Of a DNA stretch of 43,956 nucleotides, positions 34,543-41,955 are shown one piece after another (position 1 is the first letter of the stretch; every line of letters starts with the position of its first letter). Origin of the DNA: Meiothermus sp. (GTDB taxonomy: Bacteria > Deinococcota > Deinococci > Deinococcales > Thermaceae); contig JANRLD010000091.1 in the NCBI GenBank assembly GCA_033762915.1, positions 1 through 43,956 on the forward strand. Reading direction: 5' to 3'. A model generated the notes under the pieces. That model saw nothing but the letters and a program-made list of their open reading frames with translations, ran no database searches and was not told the DNA's origin. A program made the translations under genes and the position numbers.

Positions 34543-36320
34543 TGCGGCGCAAGACCACCCAGCTTCTGGCTCCCGTAGAGCACACTCCCCTTCCCGCTGG
34601 TCGGTACGACATCTACCCCGGATTCCCCGTTGGCTCGGGGAAAATCGAGGCGGGCTACGCCGCGCTGGCCGGAACACTGGCCCAGCAAAAGACGGTGATT
34701 CTCGAGGGCTACGGCGGGGTTTTCTGGGATGAAGTGCGCAGCGAACTCGGTCAGGCCTTCGGGCAACTCGGCAAGCGCGTGGCCTGGTACGACGTGGCCC
34801 AAGCCTATAAGAGCGGGGATGAACTCGAGGCCCTGCTGGCCCCTTTCCTGGGCGGCGACGACCCCATTTTTGGAACCTGTTTTACAGGGCAACTATCGGA
34901 CTTTTTTGAAACCTCAGCGCTGCAAAAGCTCCAACCTCAAGACGATGCCGATATGCATATCTTGTACGGCAGCGGTGCGGCGCTGGTGGGCTGGGACGGT
35001 TGCCTGGTTTATTTAGATGTACCCAAAAACGAGATTCAGTTTCGCTCACGTGCGGGTGAAGCGGTCAACCTGGGGGTAAAGAAGGCGCTTGATCCGAAAC
35101 GGGCCTACAAACGCATGTACTTTGTGGACTGGGTGGCCCTGAACCACCATAAGCAAAACCTCTTGCCCAAAATAGACGTGATGGTGGATGCGCAGCGCCC
35201 TGGAGTTCCCGTGTTTACCGATGGCGCTACCTTACGCGGCGCGCTCGAGCAGATGGGCCGCAGTTGCTTTAGGGTGCGCCCGTGGTTCGAGCCGGGGCCT
35301 TGGGGCGGGCAGTGGATTCGAGAGAAGATTGTGCAGCTCTCGCAGGATGTGCCCAACTACGCCTGGTCGTTTGAGTTGATCGTGCCCGAGAACGGGCTGA
35401 TGCTGGAGAGCGACGGCAGGCTGCTCGAGGTCTCTTTTGACTGCTTGATGTTCCACGACCACCAAGCCGTTCTGGGTCAAGCGGCCGAGCGATTTGGCAC
35501 CGAGTTTCCCATTCGCTTTGACTTTCTGGACACCTTCGACGGCGGCAACCTCTCGGTGCAGTGCCACCCACGACCCGAGTACATCCGCCGGCACTTTGGT
35601 GAGCGCTTCACCCAGGACGAGACCTACTACATCCTCGACTGCGGGCCAGAAGCGCAGGTCTATCTGGGCTTTCAGGAAGGCATCAACCCCGCAGAGTTCA
35701 GGGGGGTGCTGGAGGACAGCTTTGCCCACAACACCCCTGTGGACATCGAGCAGTACGTACAAAAACACCCCGCCCACAAGCACGACCTGTTCTTGATTCC
35801 CAACGGCACCGTTCACTGCTCGGGCATAGACAATCTGGTGCTCGAGATCAGCGCAACGCCCTACATCTTCACCTTCAAAATGTATGACTGGCTGCGCCTG
35901 GACCTAGAGGGCAAACCCCGCCCCCTCAACATCGCTCGAGCCTTCGAGAACCTCTATTTCGAACGGCAGGGCGAACAGGTTCAAGAACTCATCTCCAAGC
36001 CTTATACCCTGAAGCAAGCCGAAAGTTGGAAGGTCGTTCACGTACCCACCCACCCCGAGCATTTCTACGATGTGGTGCGGCTCGAGTTTGACCATAGCCT
36101 CGAGGTGCTCACCCACAACCACTGCCACATCATGAGCCTGGTGGAAGGGCAGGCAGTGCGCCTCGAGGTAAGCGGGCAGCAGTTCACCTTCAGCTACGCC
36201 GAGACCTTCGTGGTGCCAGCAGCAGCGGGCGCGTACCGCCTGGTGAACCTGGGCCAGACCCCCGCCAAGGTGGTGCAAGCCTTTGTGAAGTCGGAGGGCA
36301 TGGGCGGATGGAAGTCGTAG
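34542..36320 (+). CDS. Class I mannose-6-phosphate isomerase-like protein with a large N-terminal extension
   Basis: PWGGQW, FPIRFDFLDT..GGNLSVQCHP, QDETYY, GTVH and LEIS motifs. Confidence 0.85.
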   Translation: MRRKTTQLLAPVEHTPLPAGRYDIYPGFPVGSGKIEAGYAALAGTLAQQKTVILEGYGGVFWDEVRSELGQAFGQLGKRVAWYDVAQAYKSGDELEALLAPFLGGDDPIFGTCFTGQLSDFFETSALQKLQPQDDADMHILYGSGAALVGWDGCLVYLDVPKNEIQFRSRAGEAVNLGVKKALDPKRAYKRMYFVDWVALNHHKQNLLPKIDVMVDAQRPGVPVFTDGATLRGALEQMGRSCFRVRPWFEPGPWGGQWIREKIVQLSQDVPNYAWSFELIVPENGLMLESDGRLLEVSFDCLMFHDHQAVLGQAAERFGTEFPIRFDFLDTFDGGNLSVQCHPRPEYIRRHFGERFTQDETYYILDCGPEAQVYLGFQEGINPAEFRGVLEDSFAHNTPVDIEQYVQKHPAHKHDLFLIPNGTVHCSGIDNLVLEISATPYIFTFKMYDWLRLDLEGKPRPLNIARAFENLYFERQGEQVQELISKPYTLKQAESWKVVHVPTHPEHFYDVVRLEFDHSLEVLTHNHCHIMSLVEGQAVRLEVSGQQFTFSYAETFVVPAAAGAYRLVNLGQTPAKVVQAFVKSEGMGGWKS

Positions 36321-37285
36321 CAGGCATAGACGGCGGCGGCACCAAGACCCTGGTGGCGCTGTGCACCCCCGAGGGGCGGGTATTGGGGCTGGGGCGCGGC
36401 GGCCCTTCTAACGTGGACGATGTGGGCATCGCCACGGCCACCCAGAGCATCGGGGCGGCGCTGGACGCGGCCTGCACCGAGGCCAAGGTGGGCCTCGAGG
36501 TTCTATCCTCGACCTTCTTCGGCATGGCGGGGGTGGTTTCGGAAGAAGACCGCGCCATCGTGCAGGGTATCGCCCAAAACTTGGGCCTTTCGGGGCAGTC
36601 GGGCATAGACCATGACTGCCGCATCGCCCTCGCGGGTGCGCTGAGCGGTCGGCCCGGAATTGTGCTGATCGCGGGCACGGGCTCGTCTTGTTTTGGGCGC
36701 AACCAACAGGGCGAGGTCTGGCGCTCGGGTGGCTGGGGCTATCTGGTTTCCGACGAGGGCAGCAGCTACTGGCTGGGCCGCGAGGCGCTGGTGCGGGTGG
36801 TGCGGGCTGTGGATGGGCGCGACCCCCCCACCGCGCTGCAGCCGCGCTTGCTCGAGGTTTTGAGGGTGAATCACACCGACCGCCTGCTGCACCGCCTCTA
36901 CGTCGAAGGGCTGAGCCGCAGCGAACTGGCCGCGCTGGCCCCTCAGGTCATCGCGGCAGCCGACGAAGGCGATACGGCGGCATCGCAACTGCTCAATCAA
37001 GGCGGCCGTTTGCTGGTGGAGTGCGTGGCTGCAGTGGCCCAGCAACTCGAGCTTAGCGACTCCGAACTGGCGGTGGTGGGCGGGTTGACCAAAGCAGGCG
37101 CAGCCTTCTGGCAACCCTTCAAAACAGCCCTATCCGAGCAGCTTCCCCAGATTCGTCTGACCGAAGCCGAACTTCCCCCCGTGCTGGGTGCGGTGGTTTG
37201 TGCGCTCGAGGCCCAGCAGAAACTGAACACCACAAACCTGCACGCGCTCAAAAACGCTGCGGTGGAACACGCCGAACGGCTTTGA
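36308..37285 (+). CDS. BadF/BadG/BcrA/BcrD-type sugar kinase (N-acetylglucosamine kinase-like)
   Basis: GIDGGGTKT, IAGTGS and GGWGYLVSDEGS motifs. Confidence 0.9.
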   Translation: MEVVAGIDGGGTKTLVALCTPEGRVLGLGRGGPSNVDDVGIATATQSIGAALDAACTEAKVGLEVLSSTFFGMAGVVSEEDRAIVQGIAQNLGLSGQSGIDHDCRIALAGALSGRPGIVLIAGTGSSCFGRNQQGEVWRSGGWGYLVSDEGSSYWLGREALVRVVRAVDGRDPPTALQPRLLEVLRVNHTDRLLHRLYVEGLSRSELAALAPQVIAAADEGDTAASQLLNQGGRLLVECVAAVAQQLELSDSELAVVGGLTKAGAAFWQPFKTALSEQLPQIRLTEAELPPVLGAVVCALEAQQKLNTTNLHALKNAAVEHAERL

Positions 37286-37305
37286 ATCTCAACTGGAGAA
37301 CACCC

Positions 37306-39552
37306 ATGATCATAAGCCATCCCGAATACCTGCACCGGCTCGAGGTCGACGACCATAGCGGCCTGCCCAAAGCGCTCAACTGGACGGGCAAAAACCCTTA
37401 TCGAATCGAGTTCAGCGACTCCCAAATACTCCTAAGCGTAGGCGGCAAGGAGGTGCGCTCCGCCACGGGTGGCATTGACTACGAAGGGGCCGAGACCCTG
37501 CAAGGCGTTCGGTTTACAGGCCGCAAGCATTGGGCCTCGAGCCAGGAAGGCGACCTGTGCAGCCTGGCGGTACAGATTGGCCCGGTGGAGGGAAATCTCG
37601 AGTACCTCTTCCGCCGCCACGGCCCTGCCATTACCGTTCGCCTGACCCTGTGTGGTGAACCCAGCTCCTCGCTGCTGATTCGCAACCTGACCGTCTACAC
37701 CACCTTCGGGTTGCCCGAAGGCAATTGGCAGCTCAACGCCCCGGGCAACGGGTTGGCCCGCGATGTTGCGCTAGGCAGTGTCACGAGTTGGACGGGCGTC
37801 TCGCCGGTGGGCGGTTTGCGCGGCTCGAGTGCTGTGGTTCACCTGGGCAGCGAAACGAAAAACGTGGGGTTGTGGATACGGCAAGAACTCGAGGTCTCTG
37901 ATATTCGCATCAAGAGCGAAACGGTGCAAACGCTGGGGCTCGAGTTGGTCACCAACTTTGCCGGCGACCTGGGCCGCATGGGCCGTACCAGCCTCGACCT
38001 CTTCGACCTCGACCTGCGGGTTCCTGGCTTCGCTGCTTTTGCCGAGACCTTCCAGACCTGGCTGCGCCTGAGCGGGCACACCACGCCGCAGAACCCACCC
38101 GATTGGATTGGCTCGGCCAGCATCTGGGAGGCCCAGATTGGCTTCTCGGTGTTTTACCCCGACCACCGCTACCAGCCCTACCCCGAAGTCTCCGACCTCA
38201 CCGCCGATTTGCCCCGCATCGCCGCGCTGGGTTTCAACGTTATCCAGCTGATGCCCCGCCAGCCTTACCCCAGCTACAACGTGCACGACTACTGGGACAT
38301 CGCCACCTCCTTTGGCGACGTAGAGCAGATGAAGGCGCTGGTGGCGGAGTGTCACCGACTGGGCATTCGCATCATTCTGGATGTGCTGCTACACGGGGTG
38401 CTGGATCAGGAGTCCATCGGCACCGCCGCCGACGGGGTACGCTCGGGGCCATACGCGCACTTGGTAGGCTCCAAGACCTCAGACAGCTTTGCTACCGACG
38501 TAGGCGAATGGAGCAACTATCTGATCGCCTGGTCGAGGCACATCATCGACTTTGAACCCTACTGGAAAGGGGGCAGCCCTGCGGTCTCGCCCCTGATCGC
38601 CGAACACCCCGACTGGTTTTTCCGCGACTCTTACGGCAAGGTGGCGGGGATTTACACCAAAGCCTTTGACCCCCGCAACCCCGAGTGGCAGGCCTACTTC
38701 ATCGAGGCCATGCAGTTTTTGCTCACCGAGTTGCAGATCGACGGCTACCGCTTCGATGCCCCCACCTACAACGATTTTCCCAACTGGGCCGAGTGGGCCC
38801 GGCACCGCGCGGGCATGTCGGCGCTGGCCTGTATTCCCCTCTTCGAGCAGTTGCGCCCGGCCCTCAAATCGCTCAACCCCGAGTCGCTGATGTACACCGA
38901 GCCCTCGGGCATTCTGCTGCGCCGCTCGATGGACCTGAACTACAACTACGACGAGCAGTGGCTGGTGACTGCCATCATGAACCCCAGCGAAGCCAAGCCC
39001 TGGGGGGTTAAGAGCGCCAAGGGCGTGGCCCGCTGGATCCAGGACCGCGACGCCTTCTTACCCCTGGGTGCCATGACCGCCCACCACATCGACTCGCACG
39101 ACACCTTCTGGTGGCCCAGCTGGGGCAGCAAGTGGCGGCGGGAGCAGTTCTCGCTGCAAGACGTGCGCCTGCTGACTGTGATGTTCATGTCCATGCCTGG
39201 GCCGTACATGATGTTCGTGGGCGGCGAGGAAGGCATTGACGAGGTGCTGCGGGGGGTCAACACCCTCAAGCAACAAACCCCAAACTGGGCGGGCCTCGAG
39301 GTGGTTTGGCTGACTGGCCCCAGCATCCCCGAGAGCGTGTTTGGCATCTTGCGAAGGGATAAGGCTACAGAGATTGTGACGCTGGTAAATCTGGGCGAAG
39401 CCACCGAGGTTAGCTTTGACACACGGCTCTCTGGAGCTGGGGTTGAGCGGGCGCTCGAGGTTGGGGAAAAAGCAACCATCGCCGCTGAAGGCAGCAGGGT
39501 CACAGTAACCCTGGGAGCCAAGTCGGCAGTGGCCATGCGAATTGGCGGGTAG
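37306..39552 (+). CDS. GH13 alpha-amylase-family glycosidase with an N-terminal beta-sandwich extension
   Basis: LGFNVIQLMP, HRLGIRIILD, DGYRFDA (nucleophile), YTE (acid/base) and SHDT motifs; GGAG SD before ATG 37306. Confidence 0.8.
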   Translation: MIISHPEYLHRLEVDDHSGLPKALNWTGKNPYRIEFSDSQILLSVGGKEVRSATGGIDYEGAETLQGVRFTGRKHWASSQEGDLCSLAVQIGPVEGNLEYLFRRHGPAITVRLTLCGEPSSSLLIRNLTVYTTFGLPEGNWQLNAPGNGLARDVALGSVTSWTGVSPVGGLRGSSAVVHLGSETKNVGLWIRQELEVSDIRIKSETVQTLGLELVTNFAGDLGRMGRTSLDLFDLDLRVPGFAAFAETFQTWLRLSGHTTPQNPPDWIGSASIWEAQIGFSVFYPDHRYQPYPEVSDLTADLPRIAALGFNVIQLMPRQPYPSYNVHDYWDIATSFGDVEQMKALVAECHRLGIRIILDVLLHGVLDQESIGTAADGVRSGPYAHLVGSKTSDSFATDVGEWSNYLIAWSRHIIDFEPYWKGGSPAVSPLIAEHPDWFFRDSYGKVAGIYTKAFDPRNPEWQAYFIEAMQFLLTELQIDGYRFDAPTYNDFPNWAEWARHRAGMSALACIPLFEQLRPALKSLNPESLMYTEPSGILLRRSMDLNYNYDEQWLVTAIMNPSEAKPWGVKSAKGVARWIQDRDAFLPLGAMTAHHIDSHDTFWWPSWGSKWRREQFSLQDVRLLTVMFMSMPGPYMMFVGGEEGIDEVLRGVNTLKQQTPNWAGLEVVWLTGPSIPESVFGILRRDKATEIVTLVNLGEATEVSFDTRLSGAGVERALEVGEKATIAAEGSRVTVTLGAKSAVAMRIGG

Positions 39553-39577
39553 CCAGATCCAGACGATGGGGCACGGA

Positions 39578-40342
39578 ATGGAACTCAAAGATCAAGTGGC
39601 GTTGGTCAGCGGGGCGGCGGGCGGGATTGGCTCCGCCATAGCCCGATTGTTTGCAGCTGAGGGTGCTGCGGTGGCGCTGGTCGATCAAAACCTCGAGGCC
39701 CTCCAAAAGCTCGAGCAAACCCTTACTCAGCAAGGCTTCATGGCCAAAGCCATCCAAACCGATGTGCGCTCGGCAGATTCAGTTAAGGCGGCAGTCGGGG
39801 AAGCGCTCGAAGCCTTTGGCAAGATCAACTTGTGCGTTAATGCGATAGGCATTTTGCGCCAGGGCCGTGTAGATGAAATGTCGGAAGCGGATTGGGACAC
39901 CTTAATGAATGTAAACGTAAAAGGGGTGTTTCTGGTCTGCAAATATGCGGTTCCTGCCTTGAAGGCAGCAGGCGGCGGGGCCATCGTGAATCTCTCGTCG
40001 GTCTCGGCCTATGTGGGCTCCGACGGCAGTTTTGCCTACACAACCTCCAAAGGCGCGGTGAGCAGTCTGACCTTCGGCATCGCACAGGAACTGGCGCCGT
40101 TTGGGATTAGGGTCAATGCGCTGTGCCCTGGCTGGGTGGATGCGGGTTTCACCCACCAAGCTTTGCGGCAAGCCGCCGACCCAAGCGTGCTGCTCGAGGC
40201 CGCCCGCAATGCCCACGTGCTGGGGCGAATGGCCACACCCGAGGAAGTAGCGCAAGGGGCTCTGTTTCTGGCTTCGCCCAGGGCCTCTTTCGTTTCGGGA
40301 ACCGAGCTGTTTGTGGATGGCGGGTTCATGATCAAGCGGTGA
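39578..40342 (+). CDS. SDR family oxidoreductase
   Basis: SGAAGGIG, YTTSK, GIRVNALCPG and VDGG motifs; the start may be 39566. Confidence 0.92.
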   Translation: MELKDQVALVSGAAGGIGSAIARLFAAEGAAVALVDQNLEALQKLEQTLTQQGFMAKAIQTDVRSADSVKAAVGEALEAFGKINLCVNAIGILRQGRVDEMSEADWDTLMNVNVKGVFLVCKYAVPALKAAGGGAIVNLSSVSAYVGSDGSFAYTTSKGAVSSLTFGIAQELAPFGIRVNALCPGWVDAGFTHQALRQAADPSVLLEAARNAHVLGRMATPEEVAQGALFLASPRASFVSGTELFVDGGFMIKR

Positions 40343-40406
40343 CGACACCGCATCGCCAAACAAAACGCCTCTAAGGTGTATCGGCGTATCAACTCGAGCA
40401 GCCCCA

Positions 40407-40495
40407 GAGCGGTTCCCCGCATACTCCCTACAGCGGTTTTTGCTGTAGGGAGTCATTACCTGCCACCGCGAGAGAGGTAATGGTGGGAGCCGCTC
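40407..40495 (-). mobile_element. MITE family A copy (reverse orientation)
   Basis: Reverse complement reads GAGCGGCTCCCACCATTACCTCTCTCGCGGTGGCAGGTAAT...GGGAACCGCTC. Confidence 0.75.
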
Positions 40496-40542
40496 TGAGT
40501 TTACGAAACCCTCTACATGACCTCGGCAGCGACCAGCTCACC

Positions 40543-40600
40543 GGCGCAATTCCCTAACGGGCTGCCGGGTGGCATTTGCATCTCAACCATGGAGACACTT
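40543..40600 (-). repeat. Partial MITE family B
   Basis: Reverse complement AAGTGTCTCCATGGTTGAGATGCAAATGCC...GGGAATTGCGCC matches the left half of 13674-13830. Confidence 0.6.
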
Positions 40601-40657
40601 CTATTGCTAAAGTGCGAAGAGCTGCCCTACCCCGGGGAGTGTATACGAACCTTCTGA

Positions 40658-41676
40658 CAGCGTTTCCCAGTATTACCCCCTACAGTAGCCCGCGTGGGTG
40701 AACCAGCCTTTGAGGTCTTTAGAGGTAACGGCACTGAGGGCGGTGTGGATGGCATGTTCGAGGGAGTCTTGGGTTTTCGCACCAATACTGCGGAGAATGG
40801 ATTTGACCTTTGACCAGCACTCCTCAATTGGGTTGAACTCGGGTGAGTAGGGCGGGGTGAACTTGAGGATGCAGCCGACGGCCTCGATAGCCTCACGCAC
40901 AGCCTTGACCCGATGTGCGCCCAAGTTGTCCATGACCACGACCTGTCCTGGAGTGAGAGTGGGAATCAACACCTCGCTGACGAAAGTCATGAAAGCGCAC
41001 TTATCGGTACGCCCCTCGAAGACAAAAGAGGCTTGAACTTGGGTCAGGCTGATGGCCCCGATGGTGGTGGTGTTCGTACCCCGGTTACGAATCATAGTCC
41101 CACAGGCTCGCTGACCCTTGAGTGAGCGGGCGTGGGTGCGGGTCATGCCCAACTGACTGCCGCTTTAGCGCGCCATTTCGTCTACGAACACCAGCCTCCC
41201 CGCTTCAAGGTCGGCCAACCACTCAAGAAACGTCTCCCTCAAGGCTCTGATTCGTTCACTGTCTTGTTCGCTGGCCCTGAGCGTCTTTTTTTGCGTGTCA
41301 GGTTTAGTCTATTCAGCCAACGATCCACTGTTGAGGTGCTGCTTTTCTGACCCTAGCGCCTGTCCAACTGTTCCACCAGTTCCGCCAGCGTCAGGTCGTT
41401 GTGCTCCTTCAGCAACATAGTTAGCCGCTCCCGCCACACCGCCTCCACCGTGGGGTCAGCCTTCCGCCCACTTGCTCTGGCCTCCAGGCCACCTGTTTCG
41501 CGGTACAAATCCATCCAGTCTTGCACCGTACCCCAGTCCACCATGAATCGCTCCGCCAACTCCCGATAACTGCCCTCGCCTGCCTCGTAGGCACTCAATA
41601 CCCGCCACCGCAACTCGACTGGGTATGCACTCATACCCTCAGCTTACTTTGTGGGTGGTATTGCCAGGAAACGCTG
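40658..41676 (-). mobile_element. IS630-family insertion sequence (degenerate)
   Basis: TIRs CAGCGTTTCCCAGTATTACC and CAGCGTTTCCTGGCAATACC, flanked by TGA direct repeats; encloses transposase fragments. Confidence 0.9.
40673..41634 (-). pseudogene. IS630 transposase pseudogene
   Basis: HTH part (AYPVELRWRV), A7 slippery run at 41286-41292, and DDE part (VFVDE, MDNLGAH, PPYSPEFNPIE). Disrupted by an in-frame TAG at 41353, a frameshift near 41200 and a 12-bp stop-containing insertion at 41165-41176. Confidence 0.88.
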
Positions 41677-41955
41677 TGAGGCCAGCTGAGGCAGCCGCCT
41701 CGAGGCCGCGTTTGTTCAAAAAGAAGCGGTTTATGTTGTCCTGGACGACACTTTGCATGTTGCGTTATGGTCACGCCTCGCCGATAGGCTCGTGCTGGGG
41801 ATGTGCACCTCGAGGAGACGCAACGGGTCATCGGACTCTGCCCCTCGGGTCGCGTTACCGCCACGTTACCGGCCGCGCCTTAGCGTAGGACGACCGCGAG
41901 GCAAGCGGTTGGTGGTCTGTCTAGGTCTAACAGCAGGGTTTTGAAAGGAGCGCGT

